Origin: Mobula hypostoma
Lineage: Eukaryota
Reading direction: 5' to 3'
Assembly: GCF_963921235.1 (NCBI RefSeq)
Contig: NC_086098.1
Location: forward strand, 2,914,001 to 2,978,000
DNA length: 64,000 bases
Every line of letters begins with the position of its first letter. The stretch's first letter is position 1. Under the pieces are notes generated by a model, which worked only from the letters and a program-made list of their open reading frames with translations, did no database searches and was not told the origin of the DNA. Made by a program: the position numbers and the translations under genes. Of this stretch, positions 49,486-61,349 are shown one piece after another.

Positions 49486-50930
49486 GATTCACCACACTCC
49501 AGTTAAAGAAATTCCTCTTCATTTTTATTCTTCTATTCGGAAGCCATGCCTTGTGGTCCTACATTCCCTCATTATAAGAAACATCCACTCTATCTAGGCC
49601 TTTCAATATTCATTAGGTTTCACATTCCCCACTCATTCTTCTAAACTCTAGCAAGTACAGCCCAGAGCCTTCAGACGCTTCTCATACATTCCTGGGGTCA
49701 TCCTCATTATCCCCGTCTGGATCAACTCCAAACCCACATATCTTTTCTTAGATAATTACCAGAATCAAGGGGTATGGTTTAAAAAATGTTTAGTAATCAG
49801 GCAGCATCTATGGAAAGAGAAGCAGGGTTGAAAGTTTAGGTTGATGACTCTTCGTCAGAACTTGGAATGAGCTCGGCCAGAGTTTTGCTGGCTGTAAAAC
49901 TTTTTTTGTAGTGAGCTTTTTCAGTTATTCCCTTGTGCCCAAGCTCCGTTCTAGACCATGCCCCTGGAGACCAGATTGCATCAGGGCAGCAGAAAATCTC
50001 ATCTGCCTTTCCATCCGTGATTGCGGTAACCATGAGCAGTGAGTTTGGTTATAGATAATGTACACTATATAAATACATAAAGATACATTCTGTTAACTGA
50101 GACACATCGGGACCAGCACATCTTGCCCCAATTAAGTAGATGTCACATGGAAATAGTTAAAAAATATAAAAAGACCATCTGAGTAACAAACTATGCATTT
50201 CAATGAAATACAGAACAAACTAGAACACCAGCAAAACTATTACATTATTCTAAAGCTGTGTAATAGAAGCAGAATTAGGCCATTTGTCCCATCGAGTCTG
50301 CTCTGCCACGTTATCATGGCTGATCCAATTTTCCTCTCAGCCCCAGTCTCTTGCCTTCTCGCTGTATTCCTTACTACCCTGACCAATCAAGAATCTATCA
50401 ACCTCTCCTTAAATATACATAAGGACTTGGCCTCCACAGCAGCCTGTGGCAATGAATTCCACAGATTCACCACTGTGCGGCTGAAGAACTTCCTGCTCAA
50501 CTCTGCCCCTACGTTCTGAGGCTGTGTCACCACACAGAACCCTGACATTCATTTCAGAGAGCATACTTAGCAGATCGACAGAACAGTAACTGTAAACAGG
50601 ATCAATGGACAACCAGCTGTGCAAATACACATACGTATAAATAAATAGCAATAAATAACAAGAGCATGAAATAACAAGGAAAAAGAGCCCTAAAAAGAGT
50701 GTAGTCACCCCCTTTTCTTGAAGAGGGGTAGTAACTGTTCTTGAACCTGGTGGTGCATGTCCTGAGGCTCTTGTATCTTCTATCTGACGGCAGCAGCGAG
50801 AAAAGGGCATGGCCTGGTGAGTGTTACGTTACTTCTGTTTAAATGTACGGTGGCTGGATGGCTGGAGGCCTGGACAACTCGATGGCAGACAGAAAAGGAA
50901 GGCACCAGAGGAGAGGCTCAGGCAATGGAT

Positions 50931-53900
50931 GGGGTTGTGGGAGAGACTGTACAGGCAGAGTGGGAAAGGGGTTGAGAGAGAGACTGTACTGACAGAGTGG
51001 GGAAGGGGTTGACGGAGAGACTGTACCGGCAGAGTGGGGAAGGGGTTGAGAGAGAGACTGTACCGGCAGAGTGGGGAAGGGGTTGAGAGAGAGACTGTAC
51101 AGGCAGAGTGGGGAAGGGGTTGAGGGAGAGACTGTACAGACAGAGTGGGGAAGGGGTTGTGGGAGAGACTGTACAGGCAGAGTGGGGAAGGGGTTGTGGG
51201 AGAGACTGTACCGGCAGAGTGGGGAAGGGGTTGAGGGAGAGACTGTACAGGCAGAGTGGGGAAGGGGTTGAGAGAGAGACTGTACAGGCAGAGTGGGGAA
51301 GGGGTTGAGAGAGAGACTGTACCGGCAGAGTGGGGAAGGGGTTGAGGGAGAGACTGTACAGACAGAGTGGGGAAGGGGTTGACGGAGAGACTGTACAGGA
51401 AGAGTGGGGAAAGATTTGAGGGAGAGACTGTACCGGCAGAGTGGGGAAGGGGTTGAGAGAGAGACTGTACAGACAGAGTGGGGAAGGGGTTGAGGGAGAG
51501 TGTACAGGCAGAGTGGGGAAGGGGTTGAGGGACAGACTGTACTGGCAGAGTGGGGAAGGGGTTTTAGGAGAGACTGTACTGGCCGAGAGGGAAAGGGGTT
51601 GAGGGAGAGACTGTACAGGCAGAGTGGGGAAGGGGTTGACGGAGAGACTGTACAGGAAGAGTGGGGAAAGATTTGAGGGAGAGACTGTACCGGCAGAGTG
51701 GGGAAGGGGTTGAGAGAGAGACTGTACAGGCAGAGTGGGGAAGGGGTTGAGGGAGAGACTGTACAGACAGAGTGGGGAAGGGGTTGAGGGAGAGTGTACA
51801 GGCAGAGTGGGGAAGGGGTTGAGGGACAGACTGTACTGGCAGAGTGGGGAAGGGGTTTTAGGAGAGACTGTACTGGCCGAGAGGGAAAGGGGTTGAGGGA
51901 GAGACTGTACGGGTAGAGTGGGGAATGGGTTGAAGGAGAGACTGTATAGGCAGAGTTAGGGAGTGGTTGAGGGAGAGACTGTACGGGCAGATTGGGGAAT
52001 GGGATGACGGAGAGACTGTTCAGGCAGAGTGGGAAAGGGTTTGAGGGAGAGACTGTACTGGCAGAGTGGGGAATTTAAGTCCTGACAAAGGGTCTCGGCC
52101 TGAAACGTCGACTGTACCTCTTCCTAGAGATGCTGCTTGGCCTGCTGCGTTCACCAGCAACTTTGATGTAGGTGGCAGAGTGGGGGTGTGGATGAGGGAG
52201 AGACTGTACAGGCAGAGTGGGAGAGGGGTTGAGGGAGAGACTGTAATGGCAGAGTGGGGAAGGGGTTGAGGGAGAGACTGTACAGGCATCGTGGGGAAGG
52301 GGTTGAGGGAGACTGTACAGGCAGAGTAGGGAAGGTATTGAGGGAGAGACTGTACTGGCAGAGTTGGGAAGGAGTTGAGAGAGAGACTTTACAGGCAGAG
52401 TGGTAAAGGGGTTGAGGGAGAGATTGTGCAGGCAGTGGGGAAGGGGTTGAGGGAGAGACTACAGGCAGAGTGGGGAAGGGGTTAACGGAGAGAATGTACT
52501 GGCAGAGTGGGGAAGGGGTTGACGGAGAGACTGTACTGTCAGAGTGGGGAATGGGTTGAGGGACAGATTGTACAGGCAGTGGGGAAGGGGTTCAGGGAGT
52601 AACTGTACAGATAGAGTGGGGAAGGGGTTGAGGGAGCGACTGTACAGGCAGAGTGGGGAATGTGTCGAGGGAGCGACTGTACAGGCAGAGTGGGGAAGGG
52701 GTTCAGGGAGCGACTGTATTGGCAGAGTGGGGAATGTGTTGAGGGAGAGACTGTACTGACAGAGTGGGGAAGGGGTTCAGGGAGAGACCGTACAGGCAGA
52801 GTGGGGAAGGGGTTGAAGGACAGACCGTACAGGCAGAGTGGGGAAGGGTTGAGGGAGACCGTACAGGCAGAGTGGGAAAGGTGTTGAGGGAGAGACTGTA
52901 CTGGCAGAGTTGGGAAGGAGTTTTGAGAGAGAGACTTTACAGGCCGAGTGGTAAAGGGGTTGAGGGAGAGACTGTACTGGCAGAGTGGGGAAGGGGTTGA
53001 CGGAGCGACTGTACTGACAGAGTGGGGAATGGGTTGCGGGAGAGATTGTACAGGCAGTGGGGAAGGGGTTGAGGGAGTGACTGTACAGGCAGAGTGGGGA
53101 AGGGGTTGAGGGAGAGACTGTACAGGCAGAGTGGGGAATGTGTTGAGGGAGAGACTGTCCTGGCAGAGTGGGGAAGGGGTTGAGGGAGAGTCCGTATAGG
53201 CAGTGGGAAAGGGGTTGAGGGAGAGACTGTACAGTCAGAGTGGGCGAGGGGTTGAGGGAGAGACTGTACTGGCAGAGTGGGGGAGGAGTTGAGGGAGAGA
53301 CCGTACAGGCAGAGTGGGGAAGGGGTTGAGGGAGAGACCGTACAGGCAGAGTGGGCGAGGGGTTGAGGGAGAGACCGTACAGGCAGAGTGGGGAAGGGTT
53401 GAGGGAGAGACTGTACTGGCAGAGTGGGGAATGGGTTCAGGGAGAGACTGTACTGACAGAGTGGGGAAGGGGTTGAGGGAGAACATACAGGCACAGTAGG
53501 GAAGGGGTCAAGGGAGAGACTGTAGTGGCAGTGTGGGGAAGGGGTTGAGGGAGAGACTGTACAGGCAGAGTGGGGAATGGTTTGAGGGAGTGACTACAGG
53601 CAGAGTGGGGAAGGGGTTCAGGGAGAGACTGTACTGACAGAGTGGGGAATAGGTTGAGGGAGAGACTGTACAGGCAGAGTGGGAAAGGTGTTGAGCGAGA
53701 CAGTACAGGCAGAGTAGGGAAGGGGTTGAGTGACAGACTGTACAGGCAGAGTGGGGAAGGGGTTGAGGGAGAGACTGTACGGGCAGAGTGGGGAATGGGT
53801 TGAGGGAGAGACTACAGGCAGAGTGGGGAAGGGGTTAACGGAGAGAATGTACTGGCAGAGTGGGGAAGGGGTTGACGGGGAGACTGTACTGTCAGAGTGG

Positions 53901-56177
53901 GGAATGGGTTGAGGGACAGATTGTACAGGCAGTGGGGAAGGGGTTCAGGGAGTAACTGTACAGATAGAGTGGGGAAGGGGTTGAGGGAGCGACTGTACAG
54001 GCAGAGTGGGAATGTGTTGAGGGAGAGACTGTACTGGCAGAGTGGGGAATGTGTTGAGGGAGAGACTGTACAGGCAGAGTGGGGAAGGGGTTGAGGGAGA
54101 GACTGTACAGGCAGAGTGGGGAAGGGGTTGAGGGAGAGACTGTACTGGCAGAGTGGGGAAGGGGTTGAGGTAGACCACACAGGCAGAGTGGGAAAGGTGT
54201 TGAGGGAGAGACTGTACTGGCAGAGTTGGGAAGGAGTTGAGAGAGATACTTTACAGGCCGAGTGGTAAAGGGGTTGAGGGAGAGACTGTACTGGCAGAGT
54301 GGGGAATGTGTTGAGGGAGAGACTGTACAGGCAGAGTGGGGAAGGGGTTGAGGGAGAGACTGTACAGGCAGACTGGGGAAGGGGTTGAGGGAGAGACTGT
54401 ACTGGCAGAGTGGGGAAGGGGTTGAGGTAGACCACACAGGCAGAGTGGGAAAGGTGTTGAGGGAGAGACTGTACTGGCAGAGTTGGGAAGGAGTTGAGAG
54501 AGATACTTTACAGGCCGAGTGGTAAAGGGGTTGAGGGAGAGACTGTACTGGCAAAGTGGGGAATGGGTTGACGGAGCGACTGTACTGACAGAGTGGGGAA
54601 TGGGTTGAGGGAGAGATTGTACAGGCAGTGGGGAAGGGGTTGACGGAGTGACTGTACAGGCAGAGTGGGGAAGGGGTTGAGGGAGAGACTGTACAGGCAG
54701 AGTGGGGAATGTGTTGAGGGAGAGACTGTACAGTCAGAGTGGGCGAGGGGTTGAGGGAGAGACTGTACAGGCAGAGTGGGGAAGGGGTTGAGGGAGAGAC
54801 CGTACAGGCAGAGTGGGCGAGGGGTTGAGGGAGAGACCGTACAGGCAGAGTGGGGAAGGGTTGAGGGAGAGACTGTACTGGCAGAGTGGGGAATGGGTTC
54901 AGGGAGAGACTGTACTGACAGAGTGGGGAAGGGGTTGAGGGAGAACATACAGGCACAGTCGGGAAGAGGTTGAGGGAGAGACTGTAGTGGCAGTGTGGGG
55001 AAGGGGTTGAGGGAGAGACTGTACGGGCAGAGTGGGGAATGGGTTGAGGGATAGACTACAGGCATAGTGAGGAAGGGGTTGAGGGAGAGACTGTACAGGC
55101 ATCGTGGGGAAGTGGTTGAGTGAGAGACTGTACAGGCAGAGTGGGGAAGGGGTTGATGGAGAGACTGTATTGGCAGAGTGGAGAAGGGGTTGTGGGAGAG
55201 ACTGTACTGGCCGAGTGGGGAAGGGGCTGAGAGAGAGACTGTACGGGCAGAGCGGGAAAGGGGTTGAGGGAAAGACTGTACTGACAGAGTGGGGAATGGG
55301 TTGATGGAGAGATTGTACTGGCAGAGTGGGGAATGGGTTGAGGGCGAGACTGTACAGGCAGAGTGGGAAAGGGGTTGAGGGAGAGACTGTACAGGCAGAG
55401 TGGGGAAGGGGTTGAGGGAGAGACCGTACTGGCCGAGTGGGGAAGGGGCTGAGAGAGAGACTGTACAGGCAGAGTGGAGAAGGGGTTGTGGGAGAGACTG
55501 TACTGGCCGAGTGGGGAATGGGTTGAGGGCGAGACTGTACGGGCAGAGCGGGAAAGGGGTTGAGGGAGAGACTGTACTGACAGAGTGGGGAATGGGTTGA
55601 TGGAGAGATTGTACTGGCAGAGTGGGGAATGGGTTGAGGGAGAGACTACAGGCAGAGTGGGGAATGGGTTGAGGGAGAGACTACAGGCAGAGTGAGGAAG
55701 GGGTTGAGGGAGAGACTGTACAGGCATCGTGGGGAAGTGGTTGAGTGAGAGACTGTACAGGCAGAGTGGGGAAGGGGTTGATGGAGAGACTGTACTGGCA
55801 GAGTGGGGAAATGGGTTGAGTGAGAGACTGTACGGGCAGAGCGGGAAAGGGGTTGAGGGAGAGACTGTACTGACAGAGTGGGGAATGGGCTGAGGGAGAG
55901 ACCGTACAGGCAGTGGGGAAGGGGTTGAGGGAGTGACTGTACTGTCAGAGTGGGGAATGGGTTGACGGAGCGACTGTACTGACAGAGTGGGGAATGGGTT
56001 GATGGAGAGATTGTACTGGCAGAGTGGGGAATGGGCTGAGGGAGAGACCGTTCAGGCAGAGTGGGGAAGGGGTTGAGGGAGAGACTGTACTGGCAGAGTG
56101 GGGAAGGGGTTGAGGGAGAGACTGTACTGGCAGAGTGGGGAAGGGGTTGAGGGAGAGACTGTACTGGCAGAGTGGGA
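50931..56177. repeat. G-rich minisatellite, 37-bp unit GAGGGAGAGACTGTACAGGCAGAGTGGGGAAGGGGTT, about 140 units
   Basis: Directly visible tandem array. Confidence 0.98.
52072..52172 (+). mobile_element. Solo PLE terminal repeat inside the minisatellite; hammerhead motif 52078-52113 (G8 to A)
   Basis: AGTC-CTGACAA-AGGgtctcggCCT-GAAAC-GTC-GACT; flanked by TGGCAGAGTGGGG at 52059-52071 and 52173-52185. Confidence 0.88.
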
Positions 56178-56336
56178 GAAGCAGTTGGTGGTGCAGAAGA
56201 GAAGGAGGAGGAATTGACAGCTGAAGAAGAAGATAAGATGCTGAAGGGAGAAGAGGAGCAATTGGAATAAATTATAGGTTGATATCTGCAGGCATGTAGA
56301 TGCAATGCTATCCCATACGAGCTATTGAGGATTATT

Positions 56337-56838
56337 AGACCATAAGACAAAGGAGCAGAAGTCGGCCATTCGGCCCATTGAGTCTGCTCCACCATTTTAT
56401 CATGAGCTGATCCGTTCTCCCACTTAGTCCCACTGCCCCGTCTTCTCACCATAACCTTTGATGCCCTGGATACTCAGATACCTATCAATCTCTGCCTTAA
56501 ATACACCCAATGACTTGGCCTCCACTGCTGCCCGTGCCAACAAATACCACAGATTCACCACCCTCTGGCTAAAAAACTTTCTTTGCATCTCTGTTCTGAA
56601 TGGGCGCACTTCAATCTTTAAGTCATGCCCTCTCGTACTAGACTCCCCCATCACGGGAAACAACTTTGCCACATCCACTCTATCCACGCCTTTCAACATT
56701 CGAAATGTGTCTATGAGGTCTCCCCTCATTTTTCTAAACTCCAAGGAATACAGTCCAAGAGCGGACAAACGTTCCTCATATGTTAACCCTCTCATTCCCG
56801 GAATCATTCTAGTGAATCTTCTCTGTACCCACTCCAAC
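56337..56838 (-). mobile_element. Young CR1 3' end
   Basis: 137-aa open C-terminus; near-identical subfamily to 63390-64000. Confidence 0.95.
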
Positions 56839-57129
56839 TAGTATATAATAGTTTAAGAATTTGTGTTTTTAGCTTGCCAGTAGATTTGTGTTTACTTGCT
56901 GTATTGCAGTTCATCCCACTTCTGACACCAGGTTATCTTACTTCTGTTTAAACGTACTGTGGGTTAACAGTAAAGAATCATATTCTGGAAGAATTAGAGA
57001 ACTTTTATTTACAGTAATAAACAATCACGTCTTAACCCAGCCACATGCTGGAACGTTCTGGCAATCCCACGCATGCTCAGTGCTCTCTCCAAGCATGTAG
57101 TGGCACATCATTGCACGTGATATCACCAC

Positions 57130-57975
57130 AGTGAGGATCTTTGACGATGGATGCTGCTTTCCGACAACAACATCTCATGTTGATGTGCTTAATAGTTGGG
57201 AGGGCTTTACCCATGATGTATTGGGTTGAGTCCACTACCTTTCGTAGGATTTTCTGCTCAAAGAGACAGGTGTTCCCACACCAGGCCATAATACAGCCAG
57301 TCAGCACACTTTCCACCACACATCTATAGAAGTTTGCCAAACTTTTTGATGACATGCCAAATCTCCGTGGACTCCCGAGCAAGTCGAGGCACTGTTGTGG
57401 AATTATATTTATATGATTGTCTGGGACAGGTCTTCTGAGATAGTGGTACCCAGGAATTTAAAGTTACTGATCCTCCAATGTTAACTGGCTCATAGATCCC
57501 TGGTTTCCCTCTCCTGAAGTCTACAATTAGTTCCTTGGTCTTACTGATATTGAGTAAGATATACAACCCTGAGATTCATTTTCTTGCAGGCATTTACAGG
57601 GAAAAAAGGTATACAATAGAATTTATGAAAAACTACACATAAAGTGACAAACAATTAATGTGCAGAAGAAGACAAACGGTGCAATTAAAAAAATAATACT
57701 GAGAACATGAAAATGTGTCTGTAGGTTATGGCACCACTTTAGAGTCTTGGTGAGTGAAGTTATCCACTCTGGTTCAGGAGCCTGATGGTTGGGGGTAACA
57801 ACTGTTCCTGGAGCTGGTGGTATGGGACCTAAGGCCGCTGTAGCTCCTGCCCGATGGCAGCAGCGAGAAGAGAGGATGGCCTGGAATGGCTGCGGTCCTT
57901 TCTGTGGTAGCACTCCATGTAGATGCAGTTAATGGTGGAGAGGACTTTTCCTGTCGTGGACTGGGTGTAGCCACC
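57130..57975 (-). mobile_element. Rex1/Babar fragments
   Basis: LNISKTKELIVDFRR, FYRCVVESVLTGCIMAW, HPLFSLLPSGRSY. Confidence 0.85.
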
Positions 57976-58029
57976 ACTTGGCTGTTAGACATTACATGAT
58001 GCTTGAGCCAACAGTATTTAAATAGCTTC

Positions 58030-58258
58030 AGATACATGCACCTGTGTGGCCATTAGACATTCCACTGTGTTAATTCAAACAGTTTTTCAATCACCTCACT
58101 TGTACGTGTTTGTGTTCAGAGAGAGGTGATTTTTGTCACTGATTGTTGGAAAGAAGTAAACAGAAAGACAATTCAGAACAGTTTTGTTCACTGTGGTTTT
58201 CAGCATTCGGGCTTGAAGATGTCAGAAATGGCTGGCAGTGAAAATGGAATGATTTCTT
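58030..58258 (+). mobile_element. Tigger/pogo-like transposase remnant
   Basis: DCWKEVNRKTIQNSFVHCGF resembles the Tigger DDE C-terminal AW..V...TI.NCF...GF motif. Confidence 0.55.
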
Positions 58259-58615
58259 CTGGTCTTATGGTGACACATATGCACTCTGACAATAAATTTT
58301 TCATTGACGTTGGTAATAAACTTACTTTGAATTAAACTTTCCACAGATGCTGTCTGACATACTGAGGGCTTTTTGACCATGACGTGTTTATCATTACCAA
58401 TAGGGGATGTATTTCCTAGACAACATGCTGCAGTGACTGATATTATTTAATTTTACTAATCACAAACTTTAATTGTGTTGAAATTGTCACCACTGATTTT
58501 TTAAAATGACATTGCCTCACATCCAAACTTTAGGTTTCACTGAAATACCTCAGTGGGTTGGATTGTCTGAGCTGCAATTCAGATGTTGTGATGGAATTTG
58601 ATTGTTTTGTAGTTT

Positions 58616-58965
58616 AAGACAATAGAAGCAGAATTAGGTTATTCAGCCCATGGAATCTGTTCATCATGGCTGATTTATTATCCCTATCAACCCCAATCTG
58701 CTGTCTTCTCCCTGTAATCTTTGACATCGTAACCAATCGAGAACCTACAAATCTCCCAATGTACCCAATGACTTGGCCTCCACAGCCACCGGTGCCAATG
58801 AATTTCACAGAATCATCACACACTGGCTAAAGGAATTCCTCTTCATCTCAGTTCGAAAGAAAAGTCCTTGTATTCTGGTCCTAGACTCCCCCACTATAGA
58901 AAACAACATCTGCATGTCTCCTCTGTCTCGGTCTTTCAATATTTGATAGGTTTCAGTGAGAACGC
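58616..58965 (-). mobile_element. CR1 3' end, decayed
   Basis: LTETYQILK..GESRTR..FRTEMKRNSFSQ. Confidence 0.8.
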
Positions 58966-59536
58966 CCCAATACATTAACACCATAATATTGTCCCACCTA
59001 CTGAACAAAGTCAGATTCCACAATACTTCTGAGATAGGTACTCACAGACAATGTAAATACAGTAAAGCTGGGAATAGAGGATGACAAAATAAAAACATTA
59101 GTCCGATTAATAATTGAACTGGTTTAACATGGGATGCATATTACAGAAATATATTTTCTCATATTAGAGAAATAAATACTGTGCATTCATGAAACTGCCT
59201 AATTCTCCTGCCTGTATGGGGTGAAGATGGGACGGCTGTAACATTCCTCTTTGTGTTAACCTATCGCTTATTCTTCTGGACGGGACATCACTCCACAAAT
59301 GCAACACCACTTCTGGTTGCAGCACATACATTTTCTGTGTTTTCCCTTCTTGCCAAAAATATATTGTTTTACAAATGCAGTCTTTTGGTTCTTACTTTAT
59401 ACAGCATCTTCACATCCAGTTAAATTGATACATTTGAACTATTAACAGATTTTGTGCTGTAATTCATTGTTGCTTAAGCAGTTGTTAAATAAATGTCTCA
59501 AACTCTGCTTTTTTCCCCAACTTATTTCGTTAGAAT

Positions 59537-59602
59537 TGTGTATGTGCATGTGTGTGTGTGTGTGTGTTTGTGTATGTGTGTGTGTATGTGTGTGTTTGTG
59601 TA

Positions 59603-59633
<31 letters not shown>

Positions 59634-59650
59634 ATGTGTGTATGTAAGTC
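59537..59650. repeat. (TG)n microsatellite, interrupted
   Basis: Directly visible. Confidence 0.95.
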
Positions 59651-60323
59651 TATGTAGTTATGCATGTGTGAATGTATAGCTGTGCTGCTTGTGGGTGGGC
59701 AGGGTACAGTAATGTCACAAAGGCGACGTTCTGTCTTTTTGAAGTCAAGTAGCGATGAAAACAAAGCAGAGAGCACTGATGAACGGTTGCTTTACAGACT
59801 GGAGGAAGCTCCCGAGGGGTCAGCATTAGGACCAATTAGCAGATAAATATAATCCGCATTTGAAGTTAGTGGCCGGCTCCGTGACTTTGCAATCATTTAT
59901 ATGCAGTAGGTAAGCTTCTGAGCTTATGCCAGAGAGACCGAGGGATGGAAAATTGTAGCAACAGGAGGAAGCCAACTGCTGAACAGTTGGAAGTAAAAAA
60001 AGAGTATTTGAAAAAAAGAACGTGCTACTGATGGAGCCTGTGTTGTGAGATTACTTGCGGAGTCCACGCCTTAGCTGAATACCTGGTGGCTGTATGTCCA
60101 ACGTTCAAAGTGGGCAGATGGCGAGAGACACTCTGCAGTCTCTGCTTTCTTCATTTGCATTGCATTTACCCCCATATGGACACGTGAGGCTCGTGCAGCC
60201 AGCAATGCCTTCTGGAAGGAAAAGTGTGAATTGCAGCAGTGGCAGACTCTCCCCCAACACACTGCCGTATTGATTGAACAAAACTGTGCCATTGCTCCCC
60301 TCGCATTAACCTCTAGGGGTCAT

Positions 60324-61297
60324 TCATTGTTCACAATATATATTAATGATTTAGATGAGGGAATTAAAAGTAACATTAGCAAATTTGCCAGTGACACAAA
60401 GCTGGGTGGCAGTGTGAAATGTGAGGAGGATGTTATGAGAATGCAGGGTGACTTGGACAGGGGGTGAGTGGGCAGATGCATGGCAGATGCAGTTTAATGT
60501 GGATAAATGTGAGGTTATCCACTTTGATGGTAAGAACAGGAAGGCAGATTATTATCTAAATGGAGTCAAGTTAGGAAAAGGGGAAGCACAACGAGATCTG
60601 GGTGTTCTTGTACATCAGTCACTGAAAGCAAGCATGCAAGTACAGCAGGCAGTGAAGAAAGCTAATGGCATGCTGGCCTTCATAACAAGGGGAATTGAGT
60701 ATAAGAGCAAAGAGGTCCTTCTGCAGCTGTACAGGGCCCTGGTGAGACCACACCTGGAGTATCGTGTGCAGTTTTGGTCTCCAAATTTGAGGAAGGACAT
60801 TCTTGCTATTGAGGAAGTGTAGCGTAGGTTCACAAGGTTAATTCCCGGGATGGCGGGACTGTCACATATCAAAAGATTGGAGCGACTGGGCTTGTGTACT
60901 CTGGAATTTAGAATGCTGAGAGGGGATCTTATTGAAACATATAAGATTATTAAGGGATTGGACACGCTGGAGGCAGAAAGCATGTTCCCGCTGATGGGTG
61001 AATCCAGAACCAGAGGCCACAGTTTAAGAATTAGGGGTAGGCCATTTAGAACAAAGTTGAGGAAAAACTTTTTCACCCAGAGAGTGGTGGATATGTGGAA
61101 TGCTCTGCCCCAGAACTCTCTGGATGCTTTCAAAAAAGAGATGGATAGAGCTCTTAAAGATAGCAGAATCAAAGGTCATGAGGATAAGGCAGGAACTGGA
61201 TACTGATAGTGGATGATCAGCTATGATCACAGTGAATGGCGGTGCTGGCTCCAAGGGCCAAGTGGCCTACTCCTGCACCTATTGTCTATTGTCTATT
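60324..61297 (+). mobile_element. CR1 3' part
   Basis: LFTIYINDLDEG..KFASDTK..WQMQFNVDKCEV..; (CTATTGT) tail. Confidence 0.95.
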
Positions 61298-61349
61298 CTG
61301 GAGATATGCCACTATGGACTAACTAAAACAAGAGCCAGTCTTGGAGTGA

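Noticed and set aside
50931..56177. CRISPR-like 37-bp periodicity
   Set aside because: Units are head-to-tail with no unique spacers and no cas genes; the context is eukaryotic.
51071..56452. Long ORFs (up to 354 aa) in the satellite
   Set aside because: Products of the 37-bp unit cycling through frames on the stop-poor strand; no domain content.
60615..61172. 185-aa minus ORF and similar ones (56458, 63520, 30183)
   Set aside because: Antisense shadows of CR1 ORF2.
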